From Nitrospirota bacterium (GTDB lineage: Bacteria; Nitrospirota; UBA9217): a stretch of DNA of 64,000 nt. A program made the position numbers and the translations under genes. Where the stretch lies: contig CAWBNQ010000003.1 in assembly GCA_963790205.1 (NCBI GenBank), positions 160,001-224,000 on the forward strand. Direction: 5' to 3'. The notes under the pieces were generated by a model, which had not been told where the DNA came from, searched no databases, and saw only the letters and a list, made by a program, of their open reading frames with translations. This document shows, piece after piece, positions 53,007 through 63,214 of the stretch (position 1 is the stretch's first letter; the number at the start of each line of letters is the position of its first letter).

Positions 53007-53807
53007 ATGCATCCCATATTATTTGAAATACCCCGCATGGACTTCGGCAGCTGGACCATCGGTCCGATCCCGATCAGGATGTACGGCCTGATGATCGGCA
53101 TCGGTTTTCTGCTCGGCATTTATCTCGCAGCGCGCCGCGCGAAGAAGGAAGGCATCAACCCGGAGCTCATCCTCGACCTGGGCGTTTACCTGCTTCTCGC
53201 GGCCATCATCGGGTCGCGCGTCCTGTATGTACTGACCACGTTGCAGGAGTTTACCGGGAAGCCGCTCGATATATTCGCGATCTGGAAGGGCGGGCTCGTG
53301 TTCTACGGCGGCGTGATCGCGGCCGTGCCCGTGGGCATCTGGTATGTCAAAAAACACGATCTGCCCGTGTGGCAGACAGCGGACATTATCGCCCCCTACG
53401 CCGCGCTCGGTCACGCGTTCGGCAGGCTCGGCTGCTTCTTTGCCGGCTGCTGTTACGGCGCGCCGTGCAGCGGGCCGGTCTGCATTACCTTCAGCGATCC
53501 CCACTCGCTCGCGCCGCTGGGCGTGCCGCTTTTCCCCTCCCAGCTCATGGAGTCCGGCGGCGAGTTTCTCATCTTCGGCCTGCTCCTTTTCCTCCGGCAA
53601 TATAAAAAGTCCGACGGCCAGCTCTTCTGGCTCTACCTGGTCCTCTATGCCGTCCTGCGGTTTACCCTCGAGTTTTTCCGCGGAGATGCGGACCGGGGGG
53701 TATATTTCGGCGGCGTGATCTCAACTTCCCAGATCATTGCGATCGGGATGTTCGTCTTCTCACTGTTCATGCTGTGGAGACTGCGCAGCAACGCCAGTGC
53801 AAAATGA
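53007..53807 (+). CDS. lgt: Prolipoprotein diacylglyceryl transferase
   Basis: YGLM, IWKGGL.FYGG, GRLGCF..GCC.G, PSQL.E, RF..EFFR. Confidence 0.95.
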   Translation: MHPILFEIPRMDFGSWTIGPIPIRMYGLMIGIGFLLGIYLAARRAKKEGINPELILDLGVYLLLAAIIGSRVLYVLTTLQEFTGKPLDIFAIWKGGLVFYGGVIAAVPVGIWYVKKHDLPVWQTADIIAPYAALGHAFGRLGCFFAGCCYGAPCSGPVCITFSDPHSLAPLGVPLFPSQLMESGGEFLIFGLLLFLRQYKKSDGQLFWLYLVLYAVLRFTLEFFRGDADRGVYFGGVISTSQIIAIGMFVFSLFMLWRLRSNASAK

Positions 53808-53889
53808 AAAATGTAAATTGCAAAATGAGTTAAAGCCATAATTTTCAATTTACACCTTGAAATTCATCCTTTGCATTCGCTGACCTCCT

Positions 53890-54846
53890 ATGCCACTCGT
53901 CACCCATACCGTTAGCGACAGCCATGCCGGCAAGCGCCTCGACCTGTTCATCCGGCATCACGAGGCGTACAGCTCCCGGAACCGCATCCAGACCCTGATC
54001 AGGGACGGCCGCGCCCTCGTGAACGGCAAGACCGAGAAGCCGGGATACAAGGTCAAGGCCGGCGACAAGGTCACGCTCGAGCTTCCCGAACGATTGGTCC
54101 GCGAGGTCCTGCCCGAGAACATCCCCCTCAAGGTCGTATTCGAGGACGACCACATGATCGTATTGAACAAGCCGCCGGGTCTCGTGGTCCATCCCGCGCC
54201 GGGCAATTACACCGGCACGCTCGTGAATGCGCTGCTCTATCACTACGGGAGCCTGCCGTCGCCGGGCACGGGGAGAGGGGACGCAGAAGGGAGCGGGCGC
54301 GAGCGCGCGGGCATTGTGCACCGGCTCGACAAGGATACCTCGGGCGTCATGGTCGTGGCCCGGACACAGGAGGCGCTCAAGGCGCTCACCGCCCAGTTCA
54401 AGAACCGCGTCGTTCAGAAGCGCTATGTCGCGCTCGTCTCGGGCGTGATCAAGAAAGGTTCCGGGACCATCGAGGCCGGTCTCGGCAGACACGTGAAAGA
54501 GCGGAAGAAGATCAGCGTGCACACGCACAAGGCGCGCGAGGCGGTCACGCTCTACAAAGTCAAAGAGCGCTTCAAAAATGCGACCCTCGTGGAGGTGGAG
54601 ATCAAGACCGGACGCACGCACCAGATCCGGGTGCACATGGCCCATATCGGTTATCCGGTCCTGGGCGACCGGGTCTACGGCGGCGCAAAGGCCGCGAAGC
54701 TCGACGATATCGTGATCCCCCGACAGATGCTCCATGCCGAGTCCCTCTCCCTGCTCCATCCCGAAACACGTCAACCCATGACGTTCTCCGTTCCGCCGCC
54801 CCGGGATATGGCGGAGGAGATCGATCGATTGAGAGCGACGAAATGA
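53890..54846 (+). CDS. rluD: RluA-family pseudouridine synthase with S4 domain
   Basis: RLD, NKPPGLVVHP, HRLDKDTSG, TGRTHQIRVH, RQMLHA. Confidence 0.9.
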   Translation: MPLVTHTVSDSHAGKRLDLFIRHHEAYSSRNRIQTLIRDGRALVNGKTEKPGYKVKAGDKVTLELPERLVREVLPENIPLKVVFEDDHMIVLNKPPGLVVHPAPGNYTGTLVNALLYHYGSLPSPGTGRGDAEGSGRERAGIVHRLDKDTSGVMVVARTQEALKALTAQFKNRVVQKRYVALVSGVIKKGSGTIEAGLGRHVKERKKISVHTHKAREAVTLYKVKERFKNATLVEVEIKTGRTHQIRVHMAHIGYPVLGDRVYGGAKAAKLDDIVIPRQMLHAESLSLLHPETRQPMTFSVPPPRDMAEEIDRLRATK

Positions 54847-54976
54847 CGGGGTCCTTGCACCAGTACAAGTGCTCGCACCTGTCAACGTTCATTTTGGCCT
54901 TGATTTTTTCCAGCTACCTGCTATATTTTCGTCGTGTACCGTTCAAGCAGCGGAAGGTGAAGCCAGGGGGCACAAC

Positions 54977-55951
54977 ATGCAACGCAAGGTTTGTTACAAG
55001 GTATCAATCTCCATGGGTCTGCTTATGGCGGCGGCACTCGTTTTTGCGGGCCCGGGCCTGAGCGAGGAGCAGCAACAACAGAGCCGGGCGCCGGAGCCGG
55101 AATTGGTGATCGCACAATATGGTTCCGTCGAGATAAAGACCCCGGTCCCCGGCGCCAGGGTTTACATCGATGACATCAATAAAGGCAACGCGGACGACGT
55201 GATAGAAAGCATTGTCGTCGGCCAGCATGTGATTTCCTGCCGGACCGACAAGGGGGAAGTTTCGGGCACCTTTCAGATTAAAAAGAACGAAACGCTCCGG
55301 CTGGAGGCGCGCTTTGACGAGGGAAAGCTCGTTCTGTTCAAACAGCCCCCGAAAGTCGAACTAGTGAAGGCTGAGGTCGAAAAAAAGAAGCCGGGGCCGG
55401 GGAAACAGGGGAAACCGAAACAACCGCCCGTGGAACCGAAAAGAGCTGAACAGACAAGCCCCCAGGAAGAGCGGCGCAGGACGCACCTCAATGTCATGAG
55501 GATCGACTATGAGGTCACCGCTGCGCAGGACCTGAAAGTCGACCATGCGGCGCCGCCCGTGATCACTAAATATAAGTTCAAGAAGGACAAGGCTGGCAAG
55601 TATTACCGAACGAAGCAGGGGATCGTGCTCTGCGATGCCGGCCCCTGCGAATTGACCTGGTCCGCATCCTTTATCTATACCGACGAGACCGGCAAAGCGG
55701 ACGCGCTGCTCCTTAACTGGAAGGAGATCGTATTCAACGGGATCACGCCGGCGGGCACCAGCAAACAGGAGCTCGAATGCTGTTTGAACGGGAAGTGCAG
55801 GAAGATGGAGGACAATACCGCGACCGACACCACGCAGGATTACGAGGTAGGGAGATACCAGTTGAGCTGGACAAAGACCTCGGTGCTCGTCCGACGCGCC
55901 GATATCATGCAGGAAATTACGGCTGCCGGACGGTCCCTTGCGGATTATTAA
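54977..55951 (+). CDS. Secreted PEGA-domain protein
   Basis: Signal peptide; GSVEI.T..PGARVYID...G.H.I. Confidence 0.7.
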   Translation: MQRKVCYKVSISMGLLMAAALVFAGPGLSEEQQQQSRAPEPELVIAQYGSVEIKTPVPGARVYIDDINKGNADDVIESIVVGQHVISCRTDKGEVSGTFQIKKNETLRLEARFDEGKLVLFKQPPKVELVKAEVEKKKPGPGKQGKPKQPPVEPKRAEQTSPQEERRRTHLNVMRIDYEVTAAQDLKVDHAAPPVITKYKFKKDKAGKYYRTKQGIVLCDAGPCELTWSASFIYTDETGKADALLLNWKEIVFNGITPAGTSKQELECCLNGKCRKMEDNTATDTTQDYEVGRYQLSWTKTSVLVRRADIMQEITAAGRSLADY

Positions 55952-56009
55952 GCGGTAATCTGTCTTGCCGCACAAAAAAAACCGCCTTGAGTCAAAAGGG
56001 GGGATGCTC

Positions 56010-56405
56010 ATGAAAGAACTCAGACGTCACGTGAGACTGCCGCAGGGAAGGACGAACGGCATCGTCATGCGAATCGCGAAATTCGGGACCCTGGACAAAG
56101 TCGATCTGAACATCCGCGCTGTTGATATCGGCGAGGGAGGGGTAGGCATTGAGGCCGATGTTCCCCTGGAGCCGGGTTTCGTGTGGTTCCGGGACAATGC
56201 GGGAGGTCACAAAGGCGGCGCGGTGGTTTGGACCACGGTACTTGAGAACAACACCTGCCGGGCAGGCATAAAGTTCATCCCCCTCGGTCCCGGCCAGGAG
56301 CTCGCGGCGCATGCAAGCGCGGCTCATCCTTATCCCCCGTCATGCCGTGCGCCCGAACTTGTCGCCTGCATGCTCGTGGACGAGGGCCCCACGAGGGAAG
56401 GCTGA
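56010..56405 (+). CDS. PilZ-domain protein
   Basis: RRHVR, DIGEGG, VVW, GIKF. Confidence 0.75.
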   Translation: MKELRRHVRLPQGRTNGIVMRIAKFGTLDKVDLNIRAVDIGEGGVGIEADVPLEPGFVWFRDNAGGHKGGAVVWTTVLENNTCRAGIKFIPLGPGQELAAHASAAHPYPPSCRAPELVACMLVDEGPTREG

Positions 56406-56584
56406 TCTCTCACGAAGAGAACGGGCAAACCGTTCTTAATAAAAAGCACTTCATGAAGTCCCTCCCGATTTTCAACGCCGGTGGGGATTTTGTTTTTCAG
56501 GATGTCAGCGGCCCGCCGCGACGCATGCAGAGGATAGCCTGCCGCGCAGTTTCGAGGAATGACAACAATACAACATTGGTCCGA

Positions 56585-56612
56585 TTGACACGCATAGTGC
56601 CGATGCTAGACT
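56585..56612 (+). promoter_or_regulatory. Putative sigma70 promoter
   Basis: TTGACA-N16-TAGACT. Confidence 0.5.
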
Positions 56613-56722
56613 GTATGTAAGAGAACCGTGGGGTCGGCATTTATTCAACACGATAGAGCACAAAATAACTAAATATTGCGCTTATCTATCCCGGCAGAAA
56701 AATACTTTATGGGCGCATTTTC

Positions 56723-56765
56723 AAAAACGCCTTTTCCGGAATTACGGAAAAGGCGTTTTTGTTTT
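56723..56765 (+). terminator. Intrinsic terminator upstream of the DUF302 gene
   Basis: Perfect 16-bp arms AAAAACGCCTTTTCCG / CGGAAAAGGCGTTTTT followed by GTTTT. Confidence 0.8.
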
Positions 56766-56827
56766 ACGGCATTCGGAAGTTTGTCAGAACACCTGTTCTG
56801 CCGTTTACAACTGAAGGGAGGCAAAAC

Positions 56828-57310
56828 ATGAACAAGAACGCGCTTTACGCATTCGGCGGCATGGCGGCTGGCATGATTCTTACGGGGCTCATCGTGTGGT
56901 TCGCCATGCCTTCCGTGATGGTGGTGAAGCATAGGAGCTCCCAGAACTACGACAAGACCGTCGCGGCCTTGAGCGAAGCTATTGCACGTAAGCAGGATTG
57001 GCGGGTGCTGGCAGTGAACGACTATCAGAAGAGCACGGCGGCCTTCGGCTCTCTTGAGCGGGTCGGCAGCATTGCCGTCTGCAATCCGCGGTACGCGGCG
57101 AAGGTCCTGGCGAACGACAAGGACCGGGGAGTCACGGCCTTCATGCCGCTGGGGATCGGCGTTTACGAGGACAAACAGGGCCATGTCTTCATCGCGAGCC
57201 TCAACGTCACGCTCATGGGCAAAATGTTCGGCGGCACCATCGCCGAGGTGATGGGCAAAAACGCCGGTAAGGACCTTAGTGACGTGATAGCATCCGTAGC
57301 TTCAGACTGA
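56828..57310 (+). CDS. DUF302-domain protein
   Basis: S...YD.TV..L, CNP.YA..VL, MP..I.VYE...G.V; GGGAGG RBS. Confidence 0.8.
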   Translation: MNKNALYAFGGMAAGMILTGLIVWFAMPSVMVVKHRSSQNYDKTVAALSEAIARKQDWRVLAVNDYQKSTAAFGSLERVGSIAVCNPRYAAKVLANDKDRGVTAFMPLGIGVYEDKQGHVFIASLNVTLMGKMFGGTIAEVMGKNAGKDLSDVIASVASD

Positions 57311-57544
57311 CAAGGCAACACGGTCCGGTCTTTGATGATGACAGGATGAAGAGAGAAGGGGCGTTTTTCCTCCAAGGCCTTCCGTATCCCGATTGAAGCA
57401 GGGTCTTCCCCGCAAAAAGGTCAGTCAACCGAGGGTCGTTGTCTCCAGGGTTGCCTTCTCAATTGACAAACTGACGAGTATACGGAAAGGCTGTTCCATC
57501 CATCCTTCTCAGCTTTCGATGCTGGGGGGGCTTTTTTCAGGATG

Positions 57545-58612
57545 TCAGCGGTCCGTCAGAGCGGACGATGCCGCCCGGAGCTGGCCGCAGGCGGCATTGA
57601 TGTCCCCGCCCCGGCTGTTCCTGACCACGGCCACGAAGCCGTGCCTGAGCAGAATGTTCCTGAATTCGTAGACCCGTTCTTCGTCGGGCCGCTCAAAGGC
57701 CGCGCCCGGGAAGGGGTTGAACATGAGGACGTTGATCATGCAGGGAAGTCCGCTCAAAAGGTCCATGAGCCGGGCGGCGTCCTTGTCCGAATCGTTTACG
57801 CCTTTCAAGAGAGCATACTCGATGGTCACCGAGTTGGCCGTGGCAGCGCAGTAATAATGAAGCGCCTGGATCAGTCGCGCGAGAGGATATGCCCGGTTCA
57901 CCGGCATGATCCGGTCGCGCTCCTTGTCCGTGGTCGCGTTCAGCGAGACCGCGAGGCTTGCGTCCATTTCCGGGTCGTCGGCCATCCGCTCTATCGCCGG
58001 CGCGAGACCGCAGGTCGAGATCGTCACTTTCTTGTTCGAGAACCCCATCCCGTTCCGGTCCGTCGCTATCTGAATAAAAGACCTCACTGCTTCGTAATTG
58101 GCGAGCGGCTCGCCGGTCCCCATGAGCACGATGTTCGTGACCGGCTTCGCGGAGATTTTTTGTGCGGCGAAGACCTGGTTCACGAGTTCGGCAGGAGTGA
58201 GGTGCCTGACAAGTCCTGTTGCTCCGGTGCGACAGAAGCCGCAGCCCGAGGCGCAACCCACCTGCGAAGAGACGCAAAGCGTGAGCCTGCCCGGCCCGGG
58301 GATGAGCACGCCTTCGACCGCGTTGCCGTCATCCAGCCGGTAGAGCAGTTTTTTCGTTCCGTCGTCGGAGGCCAGGCACTGCCCGATAACGAGCTGTGTT
58401 ATCGTGCAGTGTCGTTTCAGCTGTTCGCGGAGGGGCCGGTTCAAATCAATCATGGAATCGAAGTCCTCGATCCTCTTCCGGAAGAGCCGTATTGCCACAC
58501 GCGTTCCCTGGCCGGGTTTCTGTCCCAAATGCCTGAAGCAGAACTGTTCGATCTCCTGCGGTGTGAGGCCCGTGAGGTCGATAAGCTCGTCGTTACCGGT
58601 ATCGTGCATCAT
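57545..58612 (-). CDS. rlmN: Radical-SAM RNA methyltransferase RlmN
   Basis: CVSSQVGC..GC.FC, MG.GEP, SLNA, EY.LL.GVND, AACGQL. Confidence 0.9.
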   Translation of the reverse strand: MMHDTGNDELIDLTGLTPQEIEQFCFRHLGQKPGQGTRVAIRLFRKRIEDFDSMIDLNRPLREQLKRHCTITQLVIGQCLASDDGTKKLLYRLDDGNAVEGVLIPGPGRLTLCVSSQVGCASGCGFCRTGATGLVRHLTPAELVNQVFAAQKISAKPVTNIVLMGTGEPLANYEAVRSFIQIATDRNGMGFSNKKVTISTCGLAPAIERMADDPEMDASLAVSLNATTDKERDRIMPVNRAYPLARLIQALHYYCAATANSVTIEYALLKGVNDSDKDAARLMDLLSGLPCMINVLMFNPFPGAAFERPDEERVYEFRNILLRHGFVAVVRNSRGGDINAACGQLRAASSALTDR

Positions 58613-58724
58613 ATGCGCTCTCTCCTGCCTCCGGCATAAATTGTAAGCCCTCGCCGGGAGGATTGCAACAAGATTTGAGGAAAGAATTTGACAGGATGAA
58701 ACCGCCGTGCTATTTATAGTAACC

Positions 58725-59222
58725 ATGAAAGCGCTGCTCCAGAGGGTTACCGACGCCCGTGTCGAGGCCGGCGGCCGGGTCGCCGGCAAAATCGGCAAGG
58801 GCCTCCTCATCTTTCTGTGCGCAATGAAAGGGGACATGGACAGGGACCTCGATTATCTTGTTAAGAAAGTTTCAGCGCTCAGGATCTTCGCGGATGACCA
58901 GGGCAAGATGAACCTCTCGGTTGCGGAGGTCAAAGGAGAGGTCCTCGCGGTCTCCCAGTTTACGCTCGCCGCGTCCACGCGGAAGGGGAACCGCCCTTCC
59001 TTTGACGAAGCCGAGGGGCCGGCGCGGGCGAAGGCGATGTATGACGAATTCGTCCGGAGACTCGAGGAAACAGGACTCACGGTCCGGACCGGCGTGTTTG
59101 CGGCGGCCATGACCGTCTCGCTCACCAACGACGGGCCGGTGACGATCATGGTCGATTCAAGAGAGCGACGCATGACCGCCGAGGGCGCGGAGAGACAGGA
59201 AGAGAAGGGCCCGCGACCATGA
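58725..59222 (+). CDS. dtd: D-aminoacyl-tRNA deacylase
   Basis: MKALLQRV, LRIF.D..GKMN.S, SQFTL, NDGPVT. Confidence 0.96.
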   Translation: MKALLQRVTDARVEAGGRVAGKIGKGLLIFLCAMKGDMDRDLDYLVKKVSALRIFADDQGKMNLSVAEVKGEVLAVSQFTLAASTRKGNRPSFDEAEGPARAKAMYDEFVRRLEETGLTVRTGVFAAAMTVSLTNDGPVTIMVDSRERRMTAEGAERQEEKGPRP

Positions 59223-60058
59223 AACAACGGATCGTTCTTCTGCTTGCGGTCCTCAGCCTTTTTTTCTCAGGCTGCACCTATCTTTTTTTCAGGCCCGGCA
59301 AGGCCTTCGTCGACAGTCCCGACGTTCGGGCCCTCTCACCGCAGGACATCTATTTTAAATCGATCGACGGCCTCACGCTCCACGGATGGTACTTCCGGGG
59401 ACAAGGCACAGAACCGCGCGGCACCATCCTCGTTTGCCACGGCAACGTGGAGAACATCAGCACGCATGTCAAGCTCGACCTCTGGCTCATCCGGGAAGGG
59501 TACAATCTTTTTATCTTCGACTACCGGGGATACGGGAGGTCGAAGGGCGAGCCGACGGTGGAGGGGATCCACCTCGATGCCGAGGCCGCGCTCGAAAAAC
59601 TGCTCACGCTGCCCGGCGTGCACGGCCGTATCATCGTCTTTGGACAGAGCCTCGGCGGAGCGGTGGCAATCTACACTACGGCGCATACGCCGTACAAAGT
59701 CCGGATCAAAGGGCTCATCGTGGAGAGCGCCTTCGCCGATTACCGGATGATGGCGCGCCGGGAGATCGCCCGGACGGTCCTGGGCTGGCCGGTGCAATAT
59801 CCGCTCTCGTTCCTGGTCAATGACGATTACAGTCCGCTGAAGTGGATCAAGAAGGTTTCTCCGGTGCCAGTGCTCATTATGCACGGGACCGGGGACCCCA
59901 TCGTCCCTGTTGAGCACGGCCGTCTTCTTTTTGCGGAAGCCCTTTCTCCCAAGGAGTACTGGGAACTGCCCGGCCTGGGGCACGTGAAGTCCTGGACCGA
60001 CGGGGCGACGAGAAAGAGGCTTTTGGCCTGGCTCGCCGCACTTCCCCGCGCCCGTTGA
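59219..60058 (+). CDS. Alpha/beta hydrolase lipoprotein
   Basis: Lipobox FSGC, HGN, DYRGYG.S, GQSLGG, HG..D..VP, His. Confidence 0.9.
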   Translation: MKQRIVLLLAVLSLFFSGCTYLFFRPGKAFVDSPDVRALSPQDIYFKSIDGLTLHGWYFRGQGTEPRGTILVCHGNVENISTHVKLDLWLIREGYNLFIFDYRGYGRSKGEPTVEGIHLDAEAALEKLLTLPGVHGRIIVFGQSLGGAVAIYTTAHTPYKVRIKGLIVESAFADYRMMARREIARTVLGWPVQYPLSFLVNDDYSPLKWIKKVSPVPVLIMHGTGDPIVPVEHGRLLFAEALSPKEYWELPGLGHVKSWTDGATRKRLLAWLAALPRAR

Positions 60059-60127
60059 ACAGCCCGCGCGGCGGACCGCGGACATCTCATCCAGCACGGC
60101 AAAACTGAAAGGCCGGATAAAACACCC

Positions 60128-60156
60128 TTGACAATCTCGGGCTTAAACCTTATTAT
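60128..60156 (+). promoter_or_regulatory. sigma70 promoter of tRNA-Leu
   Basis: TTGACA-N17-TATTAT, 9 nt before the tRNA. Confidence 0.8.
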
Positions 60157-60165
60157 GTCCACCGG

Positions 60166-60252
60166 GCCGAAGTGGTGGAACTGGTAGACGCGCTGCGTTC
60201 AGGGCGCAGTGGGAGCAATCCCGTGGGGGTTCGAGTCCCCCCTTCGGCACCA
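60166..60252 (+). tRNA. tRNA-Leu(CAG)
   Basis: Acceptor GCCGAAG/CTTCGGC, anticodon arm CTGCG-TTCAGGG-CGCAG, long variable arm, GTTCGAGTC, encoded CCA. Confidence 0.97.
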
Positions 60253-61350
60253 TATTGAGGTACACACCCTTTCGGGCTCATAGCCCGGAAGGATATAGTC
60301 AATTTCCCTCGGTCGCGGTGTATCAAAGAAATAACACCGCGCCACACCCTCCTCGCGCAAAATTTCAATCCTATCAAGGAAGTACCCGATTGAAGTCTTT
60401 TGCTCGCCCGGCGTCCGGCCTTTGAGGATATCACCGGCCTTCTTCAAAGCTCTTGAGTACTCGTTTACGAGAAGCAGGACTTTGCTCGGCTGCTGCTTGA
60501 TATTCTCATACTTCACAAGTTCTTTTTTCAGCCTTTCTCGTGACTCCTCTGATTCTAACAACCGATCGGCCAAACTTTGCGATCTTGATCCGGTAAAGAT
60601 AAGCGCATCCTGAGTTTTGGATATTTCTGCGTCAAGGTCTTTAAGTTTCTTTTTGAGGGCAGGATAAGCGCTTTCCGTTTCCCGTTCCAGGCAAATCAAT
60701 TTATCTTTGAGGATTTCCTTGAACCGCTCGACGTACCTGTCATTATCAAGCATCTTCTGAATCTCGGCTATTACGAAATCCTCGATGCCGATCATATTAC
60801 CTTTGGTGTTTTTCAATATGTTGAGCGATTTGCAAACGCGATAATTCTTGTACCCAGAGTCAACGTAATAATGGTATAGAGTACCCATGCCGTTCCTGAC
60901 CTTTCGTCCTTGAAACTTGTGGCCACAACTTTTACAGATAATCTTTCCGGACAGAAGGTACTCGGTGCGCATACCATTGCACGCTCCGAATTCGCGAGAG
61001 TGCATCTGAACTTGAACTCTGTCAAATAGGTCGGTTGATATGATCGGCTCGTGTGCAGCCTGGCAGATAACCTTTTCTTTGACTATTTTTGACCATTTGC
61101 CGCCGTAAAGTCGCTCGCCGATGTATGAACGGTTAATAAGCATTGCCCGGAGAGTATCGACTCCCCACCGGCCACCCTTGGGTGACGGTATTTTTTCATC
61201 ATTGAGGACTTTGCAGAGTGCTTTTAATCCCTTGCTACCCTCAGCATAGAGATAGAATATCCTTCTAACGAGGGCAACATCCGAAGGATCGCCGGGAACC
61301 CACTTCACCCAATGATTTTTAATCGCTTTACGTTCACCAGGTTTCAATCG
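60199..61350 (-). pseudogene. Large serine recombinase, C-terminal part, interrupted at 61350 by element copy 2
   Basis: Recombinase domain (VRRIF.LY, LN...I, W....L..ML.N..YIG, HEPIIS..LFD.VQ), LLSG.I.C..CG zinc ribbon, coiled coil; no catalytic domain in window. Confidence 0.88.
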
Positions 61351-61380
61351 TGTGCACGCTAGCAGTTTATGATAAAAATC

Positions 61381-62424
61381 CTAGAGAAAATTGGGTGACA
61401 CTTTTCCGTTGATCGTAACGGTAATAAACCCTTTCATCCTCAGCCAGGCCTCGACGGCGATCCGCCAGGCTGCTTGCGACTGAACACTACCATCACTGCA
61501 TAGTATATCACCTTGCAAGTTTGTCATCCAGTCATAGGCAGCGCTCCTTTCCCATTTGGTAAACGTTTTTTTGTTCGTGAAGTACACTTGGCAGGCGTTG
61601 CCGCCATGCAGGCACGGACGGGGTTGGTGGTTAAGGTCATGTTCAACCGTCGATGCATATGCCTCCATGTGCTCGCGCGGACAACTGGACTTATACAAGA
61701 GTTTTGCAGCAAGCCCGTTCTTCAGCTCGGTTTGTGCCTCTTCGATCGCGCCGTTGTAGGGCGGATAATGGACTGGACTGTTCAACGGCAGGACGAAGTA
61801 GTCGGCGAGCACAGCATTGACCGCTGCATGATTCAGGTTCGCGCCATTGTCGCGCTTGAGGAACAGAGGCGCACCGAAGCGATCGAAGGTCGCTGCGAGA
61901 TAGCCGGATATCTCTTCGCCGCAGGGCACATCTCCCGTCATAGGAGTGAACTTGTAGCGAGACGCGAGGTCCTGCATATGGTTCAGGTACACCTTGCCAC
62001 CGTCTGTGTCACGATGTTTGTATTCACAGGGGTCCATTGACCACGCGACGTTTGGCACGTTCCAGCTGATCCGCCGCAGATTCTGACGATGGAGTGTATT
62101 GAGGTCATGCCTCGCCATAGCGACCATGCTCTGCAGGTCTCGCCGTGACACAGAGGACGCGTGGCTCCCGTATAATGCGCCCGTGCCCTGCGTGCGGCTC
62201 TGCCCGTGAGACAGCTTTGCGATATCCCCTGTAATCCCCTCAAGATCCGGAGGCTTGACCTTGGGAGGACCCGGTTGCCGCACGAGGGGCGTGGCGTTCT
62301 TCTGTCGCAGACGCCAACGGATAAAGCTCGGGTAGGGGAGCCTCACGGCACTGCAGATCTCCTGGTAGTGCATACCGGTTTTCTCTCTCATCCGGTCAAC
62401 AACGGCAAGCATACTGGTTATCAT
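61381..62424 (-). CDS. ORF4 DDE transposase, copy 2
   Basis: Protein identical to 25706-26749. Confidence 0.88.
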   Translation of the reverse strand: MITSMLAVVDRMREKTGMHYQEICSAVRLPYPSFIRWRLRQKNATPLVRQPGPPKVKPPDLEGITGDIAKLSHGQSRTQGTGALYGSHASSVSRRDLQSMVAMARHDLNTLHRQNLRRISWNVPNVAWSMDPCEYKHRDTDGGKVYLNHMQDLASRYKFTPMTGDVPCGEEISGYLAATFDRFGAPLFLKRDNGANLNHAAVNAVLADYFVLPLNSPVHYPPYNGAIEEAQTELKNGLAAKLLYKSSCPREHMEAYASTVEHDLNHQPRPCLHGGNACQVYFTNKKTFTKWERSAAYDWMTNLQGDILCSDGSVQSQAAWRIAVEAWLRMKGFITVTINGKVSPNFL

Positions 62425-62807
62425 TTCTTCCTTCGCTTTCGTTTTTTTTCCTCCGACTCGTCAGCTCTTTTTTTCACACGGGCATTGTGGAGTTCATACG
62501 CGTGCAGCATGTCCCGCACTTCTACCGTTTTCTTAGCGACAAAGAGCTTGTTCTGGAGCTCAGCGATTTGCTCCTGTAAACGCTGTTTCTCCTCGTCCTG
62601 CGGTATACTCGGCCTTCCAGGGGATTTATCCTCCATGGCCTCGGTCATCGCCTGTAATGCCCGGCGCTCCCACTCGTAGTAGGTCTTCCGCGACACGCCG
62701 AGCCTCCGTGCGCCTTCCTCGGCCGTGATCTGGCCGCTGCGCACTGCAAACACCACCGCAGTCCGCTTTCGGGCAAGCTCCTTGTCTTCTGAGTCGCTCA
62801 TGCACAC
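62421..62807 (-). CDS. ORF3 HTH protein, copy 2
   Basis: Protein identical to 26746-27132. Confidence 0.85.
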   Translation of the reverse strand: MCMSDSEDKELARKRTAVVFAVRSGQITAEEGARRLGVSRKTYYEWERRALQAMTEAMEDKSPGRPSIPQDEEKQRLQEQIAELQNKLFVAKKTVEVRDMLHAYELHNARVKKRADESEEKKRKRRKK

Positions 62808-62818
62808 CGACCTTTCCG

Positions 62819-63214
62819 TTATGGGGTCTCAGCCTTGCGCAGGGGGGAGCTTTCGGGCTTCAGGTCCTTTAGCTTCTCCGGTTTCCTTGCTTCCTGCGCC
62901 TTCGACAGCGTCTTTTCCAGCCTGTTCTGTACCGGGAGCATCAGGCGCTTTTTCTCCAGCATCGTCTGCAGCCGCGGGCTGAGCGCCGGCCCCTTGTCCA
63001 GGATCACCCGGGGTTCCAGAGCCTGGAGCATTCCCTCCATCGCCCGTTTCTGCCACTGGGAGAGCACCATCCACGGTATCCCCATCTCCCGGCATACTTC
63101 CGCCGGCCTCCGCCGCTCCGTCCATATTGAGAGAACCGCCCGGCATTTCTCCATCGCCCCGTGGTTTGTCATCTGCCGCTTCTTCTCGCTTTTTATCTTC
63201 TCCGTTTTTTCCAT
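62819..63214 (-). CDS. ORF2 HTH protein, copy 2
   Basis: Protein identical to 27144-27539. Confidence 0.72.
   Translation of the reverse strand: MEKTEKIKSEKKRQMTNHGAMEKCRAVLSIWTERRRPAEVCREMGIPWMVLSQWQKRAMEGMLQALEPRVILDKGPALSPRLQTMLEKKRLMLPVQNRLEKTLSKAQEARKPEKLKDLKPESSPLRKAETP

Noticed and set aside
56420..56500. GGGCAAACC after the PilZ gene as a c-di-GMP-I riboswitch
   Set aside because: No GAAA tetraloop stem and no following GCAAAGC/P2 element
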